This document shows positions 28,436-37,767 of a stretch of DNA of 64,000 bases, one piece after another. A program made the position numbers and the translations under genes. The DNA is taken from the NCBI GenBank assembly GCA_026413945.1, contig JAOAJX010000001.1:1-64000 (forward strand). Reading direction: 5' to 3'. Numbering within the stretch: the first letter of the stretch is position 1; every line of letters starts with the position of its first letter. This DNA comes from Candidatus Iainarchaeum sp. (lineage in GTDB: Archaea; Iainarchaeota; Iainarchaeia; Iainarchaeales; DTGL01). The notes beneath the pieces are model-generated. The model had not been told where the DNA came from, did not search any database, and worked only from the letters and a program-made list of their open reading frames with translations.

Positions 28436-28452
28436 AACAATCTCATAAAATT

Positions 28453-28494
28453 AGAAAAAGAAAAAAATAATAAAGAGGGGCTTTGAAAGGCCCT
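28453..28494 (-). terminator. Hairpin plus T-tract terminator candidate
   Basis: On the minus strand GGGCCTTT-C-AAAGCCCC is followed by long T runs, right after the stop of 28513-28815. Confidence 0.45.
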
Positions 28495-28512
28495 AAAATT
28501 AAATAAAATTTT

Positions 28513-28815
28513 TTATTGCAGCTCTACTTCTATTCCACCGACAATGCCGGCAACGAAGTTATAGATTAATGCAATTATCGCGCCAGCAATAAAACCACCT
28601 ATAAGACCAATTATTGGAAATATTATTACAGCTAAAAATCCCATACCTGCCAAAAGCCCACCTGCATCACTAGAAGAAGGTCCAAAAGCAGCTCCCAGTA
28701 AGCCAAACCCCAATGCCATAAATAAGCCAACTATAAAATATATGAGTGCATACATCACTGCAAAAACTTTAGCGCAGGATAAAACCCCTATTCTTTTCAT
28801 TACTTGCAAAACCAA
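28513..28815 (-). CDS. Small two-TM membrane protein (DUF3566-like)
   Basis: KRIGVLSCAKV...IYNFVAGIVGGIEVEL; GGAGGTGA RBS. Confidence 0.75.
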   Translation of the reverse strand: MVLQVMKRIGVLSCAKVFAVMYALIYFIVGLFMALGFGLLGAAFGPSSSDAGGLLAGMGFLAVIIFPIIGLIGGFIAGAIIALIYNFVAGIVGGIEVELQ

Positions 28816-28962
28816 TCACCTCCAAGTGATTATAACAATTATTAGTATTTTTCCTTATATTTAAATGTTTCCTTATGCTTTTTGGCATAGGTTTTGACAC
28901 ATTATTCGCTGAAAAAGAAAGAGTTAAATAATTCATATGAGAAAAATATATTGGTGTCAAAA

Positions 28963-29988
28963 ATGGCTTTTGATGTTGAGGAAGCAATTGTTTATTCTTT
29001 TGAATGGTTGAAAAGGAGAGAATCTATAAAATATTTCAGCATAATTTTTATCGCCCAATTATTTTTGCTTATTTTTTCTTTGTCAATAGGTTCTATTTTT
29101 TCAGTCAATTTGGCGACATTATTTTTTATTTTCTTAACTTCATTACTTGTTGAAATATTGCTTGGATCCATAACTCAGCTATATGCACTCAAATCACTTG
29201 GTTTCGAAAAAGCAACTTTTAATTTCTCAAAATATCTCGGTGTTTTGGCTCTTGATATATTATCTGTTCTTGTGGCGCTTTTCTGGTCTTTTGACAAGAG
29301 ATTAAGAATTATACAGCTATGCTCACTGTTAGTAAGTTTGGGAATCCTTGGTTTTGTTATATTATCTATAGTCTTACCGACTTCATATTCAACGTCTTTA
29401 AAAGAAACAAAAATACAGCCTTACGTACTTGTAGAAGAGCTGGGCTCAAATAACGTTAGTAAAATCACTGGTTTCGCAACAATTTTAAGAACTATAACAT
29501 CTGATAGTGTCACAATGCCAGTAACAAGAAAACCTAACAGAGGCATAACTTTGGTGTATTTTATGTTAGGACTTATTTTACTTATATCGCTAATTACTTA
29601 CTTGGCTATCGCATTCTACAACTCCATTCGCTTGACTTTGGGGCGTGCAATATTCTTAAGCAAAGAAATTTTTCCGGTAAGAGCACTCGAAGAATCTTGG
29701 GCGCTAACAAAAGGGAATGTGTTAAGTATAATTATTGTTAATATTTTAATCTCAATCATATTGATCGTAATTCAATTAATTGCCGCTTTTGTCTTTACAC
29801 TTGCTGGAATACTTTTCTTTGGCAAAATAGGTGGTGGTTTAATAGACAAGAATGTTAAGACCCCTGTAGAAGTGAAGGTTTTTTGGGATAATTTGGGTGC
29901 TGTTGTGGTTGCACCAATATCTATTCTTACAAATTCTTTCATGATTGTTAAAATATATTCCATGCTTTACAAGGAAAGTAAGCAGTAA
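28963..29988 (+). CDS. Multi-pass membrane protein (DUF7847-like)
   Basis: Multiple TM segments; ALEESWALTKGN motif; ATG 28963 behind GGTG. Confidence 0.7.
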   Translation: MAFDVEEAIVYSFEWLKRRESIKYFSIIFIAQLFLLIFSLSIGSIFSVNLATLFFIFLTSLLVEILLGSITQLYALKSLGFEKATFNFSKYLGVLALDILSVLVALFWSFDKRLRIIQLCSLLVSLGILGFVILSIVLPTSYSTSLKETKIQPYVLVEELGSNNVSKITGFATILRTITSDSVTMPVTRKPNRGITLVYFMLGLILLISLITYLAIAFYNSIRLTLGRAIFLSKEIFPVRALEESWALTKGNVLSIIIVNILISIILIVIQLIAAFVFTLAGILFFGKIGGGLIDKNVKTPVEVKVFWDNLGAVVVAPISILTNSFMIVKIYSMLYKESKQ

Positions 29989-30018
29989 GTTGGCTATTCG
30001 GTAAAAACACGGCTTTGA

Positions 30019-30306
30019 TTAGTTAATAATACTTACCAATCCACAAAAAATCCGTTCAGCATCAACTCTTGTCAATCCTTTTATCAAAATCTTCCCGCTC
30101 TTGAATAAGCTGATGCTCGCTTTTTCGAATCTGAACATAAGAAGGAATGGCGTTTCAGCAATTATGCTTGCATTTTTTTCCTCAAGGGCTTTTCTTATCT
30201 TTTTTAGATTCAAAGAATGCTTTTTTTTCGGAATAAAAGCAATTGCATCTTCACCTTTGCATGCACTTTTGATGAAATCGCTTGCTTTAAGGGCCATAAA
30301 CACCAC
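30019..30306 (-). CDS. Small protein resembling the C-terminal domain of ThiF/MoeB adenylyltransferases
   Basis: PFLLMFRF..ISLFKSGKILIKG pattern. Confidence 0.55.
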   Translation of the reverse strand: MVFMALKASDFIKSACKGEDAIAFIPKKKHSLNLKKIRKALEEKNASIIAETPFLLMFRFEKASISLFKSGKILIKGLTRVDAERIFCGLVSIIN

Positions 30307-30351
30307 ACATTTTTAAAAAAAGGAAGTATTTAATTATTATAGTGGTTTTAA

Positions 30352-30846
30352 ATGGAATTACCATTAGGCACACCTTATCAGGAACATCTTAAGACAACTG
30401 AGGTAGATATGCTTAAAGGAATAAACGACCTCATGCAAAAAGCTTTTACTGGGTACATAGTTGTGACCATCCAAGGCATAGACGGAATGGAAGAGGGTGC
30501 AATTCTTTTCAGGAATGGCATAATAGTTGGCGCTGGCTATGAGTTTATGAAGAGCGGCACAACAATAGATGGCACAGATGCTTTCGAGATTGTGTTAAAT
30601 GCCTTTAAAGCTAAAGCTGGAATAATAGACATCTATTCCCTTAGCTTGCAGCATATGGACCTTGTCATTGCTTTTCATGAGAAGATGCTTATAAAAGCAA
30701 AAATAGATCCGAAGACGCTCCAAAAGCTGTATCCAAAGGAGTTTTCAGATAGGTTTGCAAAGGCAGTCATAAAACAGCAAGAAGAACAATCAAAGTATGA
30801 TGTTTTCAAAAAAATAGGATTACCAGAAATGGTTTCCGAGCGTTGA
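30352..30846 (+). CDS. DUF2226-like protein
   Basis: FTGYIVVT...EEGAILFRNGIIVGA, IDIYSL. Confidence 0.7.
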   Translation: MELPLGTPYQEHLKTTEVDMLKGINDLMQKAFTGYIVVTIQGIDGMEEGAILFRNGIIVGAGYEFMKSGTTIDGTDAFEIVLNAFKAKAGIIDIYSLSLQHMDLVIAFHEKMLIKAKIDPKTLQKLYPKEFSDRFAKAVIKQQEEQSKYDVFKKIGLPEMVSER

Positions 30847-30947
30847 TTTTTGATATAGAAATTCAGTTTTTGTTTTGTTATTGAAGAAAAAAGTATTTAT
30901 ATTGATAAGTTCATTTATTTATATCTGCTAATCATAAGTGTGAGAGC

Positions 30948-31733
30948 ATGGGTAGAAGCATTGCTATAGCATCTGGTAAAGGCGGTGTTGGTAAGACAAC
31001 TTTTGTTGCAAACCTTGGTGTTGCACTGGCATCTGGTGGCGCTAAAACGCTTCTTGTGGATACTGACATAGCAATGGCAAACCTTTCACTTATATTCAAG
31101 CTGCAGAATTCACCCATTACACTGCATGAAATCTTGATGGGTGATGCAAATATTGAAGATGCAGTCTATGCTGCACATAAAGGAGTTGAGATTGTTCCAA
31201 GTGGCCTTAGCTTAGAAAGCTATAGGAAAGCAGACCCGGCAAGATTGAAGCAAGCAATAGAATCTGTAGTGAATAAATATGACTTTGTTCTTCTCGATGT
31301 TCCTGCAGGAATTGAGCGCTGTGCGTTGGCATCATTTAATGCTGCACAGCAAACTTTGATAATCACAACGCCAGATGCAGCAAGTGCTGCTGATGCGCTC
31401 AAAGCAAAAAGCGTCGCACAGCGCTTAATGTCAAAGCCATTTGCTTTTGTTATAAATATGGTTAGAGAAGAAAAGGGGGAGCTTACAAAAACTCAGCTTA
31501 GCACTATGTTAGAATTGCCATACTATGGCTCAATACCATATGATCCAGAAGTTAGGAAAAGCTTTGTTGAGGGGTTGGACCCTGTAATAATAAGGAGGCC
31601 ACAAAGCCCGGCTTCGAAAGCAATAGTTGATATTGCAAACAAAATTGCTGGAAGAAGAGTTGAAGTAACCGAAGAAAAGAAATCTTTCTTTTCAGGCCTA
31701 TTTGGGCGATTCTTTAAGAAGAAAGGGGTGTGA
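30948..31733 (+). CDS. minD: MinD/ParA family ATPase (archaeal MinD)
   Basis: Deviant Walker A SGKGGVGKTT, DTDIAMANL, C-terminal amphipathic helix FFSGLFGRFF. Confidence 0.92.
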   Translation: MGRSIAIASGKGGVGKTTFVANLGVALASGGAKTLLVDTDIAMANLSLIFKLQNSPITLHEILMGDANIEDAVYAAHKGVEIVPSGLSLESYRKADPARLKQAIESVVNKYDFVLLDVPAGIERCALASFNAAQQTLIITTPDAASAADALKAKSVAQRLMSKPFAFVINMVREEKGELTKTQLSTMLELPYYGSIPYDPEVRKSFVEGLDPVIIRRPQSPASKAIVDIANKIAGRRVEVTEEKKSFFSGLFGRFFKKKGV

Positions 31734-31735
31734 AA

Positions 31736-31960
31736 ATGACAAGGCCGTTTGATGAACTTACTAAAGCTCTAGGAAAACCAGTTATGCTGAGGTTAAAGGG
31801 AGACAGAACTATAAGGGGGGTGCTGGCTTCTTTTGATGTTCATCTTAACATAATTCTTGAAAATGCAGAGGAGCTTGCAAATGGGCAAGAGCAAACAATA
31901 AAAGAAAAATACCCACGTCTTATGGTCAGAGGAGACAACATAATATTTGTTGCGCTTTGA
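31736..31960 (+). CDS. Sm-like archaeal protein (Lsm/SmAP)
   Basis: G.LASFDVHLNIIL.NAEE, VRGDNI. Confidence 0.93.
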   Translation: MTRPFDELTKALGKPVMLRLKGDRTIRGVLASFDVHLNIILENAEELANGQEQTIKEKYPRLMVRGDNIIFVAL

Positions 31961-31999
31961 TTCTGCTTTTTAAACAATTTGGCTGCTTTCTATATTATC

Positions 32000-32071
32000 G
32001 GGCCGGTAGTGTAGTGGTAACACGCGTCCTTGGCATGGACGAAACCCTGGGTTCAAATCCCAGCCGGTCCA
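32000..32071 (+). tRNA. tRNA-Ala(GGC)
   Basis: Cloverleaf, G3:U70 pair, anticodon arm CGTCC-TTGGCAT-GGACG; no encoded CCA. Confidence 0.96.
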
Positions 32072-32272
32072 CTCCGCATTTTATTTAAAAAAGAAAAGGC
32101 AAATACCAAAAGAAATTTAGTCAATAAATTTAGGGCTTATAGATTATTTTGCATGTCGCTGACGGTTGCTATGGCCTTTCGACCCTAGTTACAGAAGCAA
32201 TATGAAATAGTTGGTGGTTCTTGCTGGGGGAAAGTTTTTATATTTGATATGTGTAATATAGATTTGATTTGA

Positions 32273-34360
32273 ATGCCTGAGACAGATGAAAAAAGGCGAG
32301 CAATTATACTTGATTCTGTAAAAAAGTTAATTAGTCTCGACTTATCAGACGATGAAATAATAAAAAACCTAAGAGATGTGGGTATAAACGAAAAAGAGGC
32401 AAAAGAACTCATAGCACAAGCGAAAGCTGAAGGTACTGAAACAAAAGCAAAAGTGCCTTCTGAAAACAGAGCTGGAAGGGATTTTCCGAGCGGCTTTGAG
32501 GGTAAAGCGGTTGAATTATGGCAAAATGCAGTAATAAACATGGTTAATAAGAAAATTGATGAAAAAACAGCGGCTCAATTTGAAGCTGAGAAAAACAAGT
32601 TTATTGCACTAATTGACTCAAAGATAGTGTTTACAACCCAAAAAGTGATGAGTGACATAGAGCAAAGGCAAAAAGAGATGGAAGAGATATTAACTGCTAA
32701 AATTAACGAGATTAAAACAATTGCTGAAAAGCACAACCAAGTAGTCGAGGAATTAAAAGAAGCAATTGCAGATAAAGATAAGTTTTTAGAAGACTTAAAT
32801 GAAGCAAAAAAGAATGTTGACAAAGCGAAGGAAGAAGCTGAAATGCTAAAAGAATCCATTGAAAAAGACGTTAAAGAGCGCATAGCAGAGATGATGAAAG
32901 AAATTGATGAAAAAAGCGAAAAGATGGCGAGGGAGCTATCATCAGTTACGTTAAATAAAGTAAATAAACTTGAGGGCGACCTCGCAAGTATGAGATATAG
33001 CATAAAGAAAGTCAGTGAAGATGCTAGGGCAGAACTCGAGAATGCTGCAACGGATATAAAAGCAAGGATTACAAAGGATATAAACCAGCTGATGGAGAAA
33101 AAGGTTGGTGAAGCCGGACAGGAAATAAATGTAATAAAGCAGACACTTGTAACAGAAGTAGAAGATGCTTTAGCGAAGTCGAGAATGGATACTAAGCAAT
33201 TCTTGAGAAAAGCGCAACAAGAGGTAAGCCGTCTAGATACTCGTGTTGTTAAAACACTTGAGCTTGAATCTGAAGTTATAGAGGACCTTCTCAAAGAAGC
33301 TGCAAACCACATAGAAAGCATGAAAATATCTACAAGAGACGAACTTGTAGCCGAAATAAACAAGCATCTTGAGGAGCTTGAGGCGCTTAAGAGAGACATA
33401 AATCCGGAGGCAATAAAGGCAAAGATGACTGAATTAGAGCAGATGAGAAAGCAAATACCAAAAGACATTGAGCAAATCGCTAAAGATAAGCTGGGTTCAC
33501 TCGAAAAGGAATACACTGCAAGAATAAGCGCTAAAATTTCAGAGATAGAATCAAAGATGGCTGAAACAGAGGACGTAGTTGAAGAGATTGTGCATTCTGC
33601 AGATCTTAAAGCAAAGGAGCTTGAAAAGCTTGATGAAGTGTTAAATACTAAAACTATTTCGCACATAAACCAAATGGAAAAAGATTACAAAAGCAGGATG
33701 AATGAGCTTACAAAGGATATTGAGGCAGCAAAAAAGAATTATTCGAAACTCATAGAAGATACAAGTAAACTAAAGGAAGAGCTTGCAGCTGCAAAGGTAG
33801 AACTAGAAAATGAGGCAAAATCGAATAAAGAGTTCTTGCTTGCAGCAATTGATAAGATAAGGGCTGAAGAAAAAGCAAGAGTCGAAGAGTTCATAAATGG
33901 CATAGAAAGCGGAATAATCAAAAGATGTGAGAGAGTCCTTAAAGGGTTTGAAGGATACACAACTATGGATCTAAATAGGTTGAAGCAAACCATAGTTAGA
34001 GAGTCATTAAAAGAGATGCAAAAGGAGCTTGAAGACAAAAAAGAGGAATTTGAAAAAGAGATGAAAGATTTGCAGCAAAAAATAAGCAAAGAGGCAGCAA
34101 GCCTAGATCTTGAGAAAGTAAAGAGTGAAGTTGAGGCAGTAACTGTTTTTAGGGAGCAGTTTGTTAAAGTGCTTGATGGGCATATTGAAAAGTTCAATGA
34201 GAAAATACAAAAATTCAACGAAACTGTAAACCAGATGGATGCGCAATATAAGGAAAGAGTAAAGTTGATTGATGAAAAAATAGAAGAGCTGAATAAATTT
34301 GAGAAGAACTTTGCAAAAATTATTGGTTTAAGCTTAGATACTCTTGTTGAGAAAAAATAG
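32273..34360 (+). CDS. Long coiled-coil protein (695 aa), unknown function
   Basis: E/K-rich heptad pattern over about 600 aa; no P-loop or TM segment; small helical N-terminal domain. Confidence 0.8.
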   Translation: MPETDEKRRAIILDSVKKLISLDLSDDEIIKNLRDVGINEKEAKELIAQAKAEGTETKAKVPSENRAGRDFPSGFEGKAVELWQNAVINMVNKKIDEKTAAQFEAEKNKFIALIDSKIVFTTQKVMSDIEQRQKEMEEILTAKINEIKTIAEKHNQVVEELKEAIADKDKFLEDLNEAKKNVDKAKEEAEMLKESIEKDVKERIAEMMKEIDEKSEKMARELSSVTLNKVNKLEGDLASMRYSIKKVSEDARAELENAATDIKARITKDINQLMEKKVGEAGQEINVIKQTLVTEVEDALAKSRMDTKQFLRKAQQEVSRLDTRVVKTLELESEVIEDLLKEAANHIESMKISTRDELVAEINKHLEELEALKRDINPEAIKAKMTELEQMRKQIPKDIEQIAKDKLGSLEKEYTARISAKISEIESKMAETEDVVEEIVHSADLKAKELEKLDEVLNTKTISHINQMEKDYKSRMNELTKDIEAAKKNYSKLIEDTSKLKEELAAAKVELENEAKSNKEFLLAAIDKIRAEEKARVEEFINGIESGIIKRCERVLKGFEGYTTMDLNRLKQTIVRESLKEMQKELEDKKEEFEKEMKDLQQKISKEAASLDLEKVKSEVEAVTVFREQFVKVLDGHIEKFNEKIQKFNETVNQMDAQYKERVKLIDEKIEELNKFEKNFAKIIGLSLDTLVEKK

Positions 34361-34433
34361 TGGGCCTGGGCAGAATTGAACTGCCGACCTCCTCCGTGTC
34401 AGGGAGGTGTCATAGCCACTAGACCACAGGCCC
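34361..34433 (-). tRNA. tRNA-Val(GAC)
   Basis: Cloverleaf GGGCCTG..CAGGCCCA; anticodon arm CCTCC-CTGACAC-GGAGG. Confidence 0.96.
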
Positions 34434-34485
34434 TTAAAATGATTTTGATGCACAACTAATTAAAAACTTGTCACAGTTAGAAAAA

Positions 34486-35481
34486 CTAATTCTTCAATAT
34501 ACTTAGTTTCTTGCAAGTATCGCATATTTCTTTAGTGCTTGGCTCACCACATTTTTTGCATTTGTTTAGCTCAATTCCTGATAAGATTTTCAATGAGATG
34601 AACTTTACTCTTAATTGAATATAGAAATTCCAAAGGGAATATTTTGTGCCGGGATAATGTTCTTCAAGTTCGTTCAGTATCTTCCTGTAAATGTTCCTCT
34701 TAGCTTTTGCTCTGAAAGGGCAGCAGCTTCCGGAGTAGTGTTCTATACCAACGTAGTTAGCATAGAGAAAAATCTCAGCTTCTGGTATCTCGCAGAGGGG
34801 TTTTACTCTTTGTACCAAATCAGGTATCTGCTTCACACCTGCTAGTGGGCCTGAGCGAAAAAATCTAGCAATATCATTGTCGCATGCATTCATTAGTATG
34901 CTTTGCAACTCATCATCGAGATTGTGCCCAGTAATAAGCTTGTCTGCACTGAGTTTTTTTGCATATCTGTTCATTAAAGTCCTTCGCATCGTTCCACAGA
35001 AAGAGCACATAGATCCGAAGTTTTTTTTGGTTTTACTTATTTTCTTGCTGATATGGCTCATCCCAATACCAAATTCGGTTTTAAAACTAACATGCTTATA
35101 TGGAATACGCCACTTTTTGCAGTTTTTCATGGCTATTTTTAATGCCTTATCTCTGTAACCTGAAATGCCTTCGTCTATTAAAAGAGCTGTTATCTTGTTT
35201 TGTTTGCCAAAGTATTTTTTGGTGAGGTAAAGTGCTGTGAGAGAGTCCTTTCCCCCGCTGACAGCAACCAAAAGATGCTCACCTTTTCTTATTAGAGAAT
35301 ATTTTCTTATGGTTTTTCTAAACCTTTTCTCGATGAGTTGTATGAAGTGCTTATCACAAAACTTTTGCGGCCCATAAGGGAGATAAACAGAGGCAGGCTT
35401 ATTGCATTTAATGCATTTATCGCCTTTTTTTAAACCACATTTGAGATTTTTTGCCATTATGAAAGGCATCTCACAGCCCAT
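34486..35481 (-). CDS. tRNA 2-thiolation protein (NcsA/TtuA/CTU1, TIGR00269 type)
   Basis: PP-loop AVSGGKDS, CSFCG..RR, TGHNLDD, N- and C-terminal Zn fingers. Confidence 0.92.
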   Translation of the reverse strand: MGCEMPFIMAKNLKCGLKKGDKCIKCNKPASVYLPYGPQKFCDKHFIQLIEKRFRKTIRKYSLIRKGEHLLVAVSGGKDSLTALYLTKKYFGKQNKITALLIDEGISGYRDKALKIAMKNCKKWRIPYKHVSFKTEFGIGMSHISKKISKTKKNFGSMCSFCGTMRRTLMNRYAKKLSADKLITGHNLDDELQSILMNACDNDIARFFRSGPLAGVKQIPDLVQRVKPLCEIPEAEIFLYANYVGIEHYSGSCCPFRAKAKRNIYRKILNELEEHYPGTKYSLWNFYIQLRVKFISLKILSGIELNKCKKCGEPSTKEICDTCKKLSILKN

Positions 35482-35556
35482 ACCAAAACCTTTAAATTAA
35501 TTCCTCAGGAGAAATAATTAAATTAAGAATCTCGTTTTTGTTTTCTGGTGATTTGT

Positions 35557-36111
35557 TTGAGTGCAAGAAAGCAAATAGCAGATACAATTAGGAAAGAGCA
35601 CAAGGAAGAAAGGGGTCTTTATAATTATAAAGCGATTAAAAAGAGCAAGATATTAGAATATAGAAAAACAGAAGAATCTGTAAAAAGATTAGATAAGCCA
35701 TCAAACTTACCCAGGGCAAAAAGCTTAGGTTATAAAGCAAAAAAGGGTTTTTTGGTTGTAAGAGTTAGGGTGAGGCGTGGTGGCGGTGCTCATAAAAGAC
35801 CTCGCTCTGGCAGAAGGCCTAAGCGTATGGGTGTTAACAAGCTGACGAGAAATATAAGCAAACAGCGCATTGCTGAGCTGCGTGCAAGCAGCAAGTTCCC
35901 AAATTGTGAGGTTCTTAACTCTTATTATGTAGGCGAAGATGGGAAGCATAAATATTATGAGGTAATTCTGGTAGATAGAAATGCACCAGAAATTAAAGCT
36001 GACAAAGACATTTGCTGGATATGTTGCCAAAAAAACCGCGGAAGGGCTGAAAGAGGCCTTACGAGCAAAGCTAAAAAAGAGAGACGCGGCAAAAGAAAGA
36101 AAGGCAAATGA
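35557..36111 (+). CDS. rpl15e: 50S ribosomal protein eL15
   Basis: RAKSLGYKAKKG, VRRGG, VLNSYYVGEDG..YYEVILVD; TTG start after GGTGA. Confidence 0.96.
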   Translation: MSARKQIADTIRKEHKEERGLYNYKAIKKSKILEYRKTEESVKRLDKPSNLPRAKSLGYKAKKGFLVVRVRVRRGGGAHKRPRSGRRPKRMGVNKLTRNISKQRIAELRASSKFPNCEVLNSYYVGEDGKHKYYEVILVDRNAPEIKADKDICWICCQKNRGRAERGLTSKAKKERRGKRKKGK

Positions 36112-36167
36112 GGCGCCAAAAAGCAAATGCACTTTAAGAAAAAGTTTTTTTAAGAGCTGGTGCAAAA

Positions 36168-37256
36168 ATGTTTGTTAAATTTGGAAAAACTAAAAAATGG
36201 TTTACTGCGAGCTGGCTTAAAAATTCAGATGTGAAGATGATTGACCAAAGGCTTCTCCCATTCGAATTTAAAGTGATAACACTTAAAAACCATAAAGAAA
36301 CTGCTTTCGCTATCAAGGACATGGCTATTAGGGGAGCTGGTTCTATAGGTGCAGCAGCGGCATTTGCTTGTGCACAAGCAGTGCTTGAATGCAAAAATGA
36401 GAGGGGCTGGGAGGAAAAAGTTTCGGCTTCTTTTGAGACAATTGCAAAAACAAGGCCTACAGCAAGAGATCTTTTTTATGCTATTGAGCGCTTAAGAAAA
36501 AAGATTTTTGGAAAAAATCTGCAAGAAGCCAAAGTTTTAGCAATCAAAGAAGCAATAATGATTGGAAAAGAATATGAGCAAAATGGAAAATTAATAGGGC
36601 GACATGGTCTAAAATTAATAAAAGAGGGCTCCAGAATTTTAACGCATTGCAATGCTGGTTGGTTAGCACTTCACGATTGGGGCTCTGCACTTGCACCACT
36701 TTATTTTGCCAAGCGCGAGGGTAGAAAATTTTTTGTTTTTGTGGATGAAACAAGGCCAAGGCTTCAGGGCGCCAAGCTAACATCTTGGGAGCTCCTAAAT
36801 GAAGGGATCAAGCATAAAATAATAGTAGACAATGCTGCTGGCTTTTTCATGCAACAAGGCAAAATTGACCTTTGCATAGTAGGGGCTGACAGAATTGCAG
36901 CAAATGGTGATTTTGCTAATAAAATTGGCACATATGAAAAGGCGATTGCTGCAAAAGAAAATGGAATACCTTTCTATGTTGCAGCACCTAAGAGCACATT
37001 TGACCTTGAATGTAAAAATGGAAGAAAGATTGAGATAGAGGAAAGAGCTGATGAAGAAGTACTTTTTGTGAATGGATTTGATAGCACACACAGGAAAATA
37101 AGGGTTGCCCCTTTTGAAGCTAAAGCCACTAATCCGGCTTTTGATATTACTCCGGCAAAGTACTTGAGTGGCATAATAACGGAAAGAGGCATAATTAAGC
37201 CGAAGAAAAGCTACATAAAAAAGGTGTTGATGGTTGAAAACAGATCTTGTGCCTAG
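36168..37256 (+). CDS. mtnA: S-methyl-5-thioribose-1-phosphate isomerase (eIF2B-like family)
   Basis: IDQRLLP, IRGA, TRPTA, THCNAG, ETRPRLQGAKLT, GADRIA, NKIGTY, NPAFDITP. Confidence 0.92.
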   Translation: MFVKFGKTKKWFTASWLKNSDVKMIDQRLLPFEFKVITLKNHKETAFAIKDMAIRGAGSIGAAAAFACAQAVLECKNERGWEEKVSASFETIAKTRPTARDLFYAIERLRKKIFGKNLQEAKVLAIKEAIMIGKEYEQNGKLIGRHGLKLIKEGSRILTHCNAGWLALHDWGSALAPLYFAKREGRKFFVFVDETRPRLQGAKLTSWELLNEGIKHKIIVDNAAGFFMQQGKIDLCIVGADRIAANGDFANKIGTYEKAIAAKENGIPFYVAAPKSTFDLECKNGRKIEIEERADEEVLFVNGFDSTHRKIRVAPFEAKATNPAFDITPAKYLSGIITERGIIKPKKSYIKKVLMVENRSCA

Positions 37257-37767
37257 CGAGGAAGAGTGCCTTAAATTGCTAAAATTGCAAAATGTACCTG
37301 AAAACATAATAAGGCACTCAATTAAGGTTAAGGAGCTTGCCATTGAAATATGTAATTCGTTAAAGGACCGTGGCATAAAAATCAACGAAAAGCTTGTCGT
37401 TGCTGGGGCGCTATTACATGACTTAGATAAAGCAGAGACTTTAGATTCTGAAAAAAAAGGCCATGGAAAAGTTGCCGCGGAAGAGCTTGAGAAGCTTGGT
37501 ATGAAAAGTGTTTCTGAAATTGTAAGAAAACATCTCTTGGAGAATATTCTTTACGGCGAGTTAAAGACAATTGAAGAGAAAATAATATTTTATGCGGACA
37601 AAAGGGTTCAGGATGATAAATTAGTAAGTTTAGATGAGAGATTTAAATACTTTAAAGAAAGATATGGTTTAAAAGACAGTTCAATTATGAAAATTATATG
37701 CGAAAGCTATCCCAAGGTTGTTGAACTCGAAAAGGAGTTGATTGGTTGGAGAAAAAGCTCAAGCTAG
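37234..37767 (+). CDS. HD-domain phosphohydrolase (HDIG type)
   Basis: HS..V, GALLHDLDK, H..H, YADKRV. Confidence 0.9.
   Translation: MKTDLVPSEEECLKLLKLQNVPENIIRHSIKVKELAIEICNSLKDRGIKINEKLVVAGALLHDLDKAETLDSEKKGHGKVAAEELEKLGMKSVSEIVRKHLLENILYGELKTIEEKIIFYADKRVQDDKLVSLDERFKYFKERYGLKDSSIMKIICESYPKVVELEKELIGWRKSSS

Noticed and set aside
32072-32272. Possible ncRNA in the 200-bp gap after tRNA-Ala
   Set aside because: No convincing stem, C/D boxes or supported ORF found by eye; a T/A-rich terminator plus a promoter explains part of it.
32575-33666. 363-aa antisense ORF (and 33739-34218) rich in Ser/Phe/Leu
   Set aside because: Shadow of the Glu/Lys-rich coiled-coil gene: GAA/AAA codons read as TTC/TTT on the other strand. 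The same applies to 58705-59262 opposite rad50.
32000-34433. tRNA-anchored integrated element
   Set aside because: No integrase and no duplicated tRNA 3' end seen next to any of the four tRNAs.
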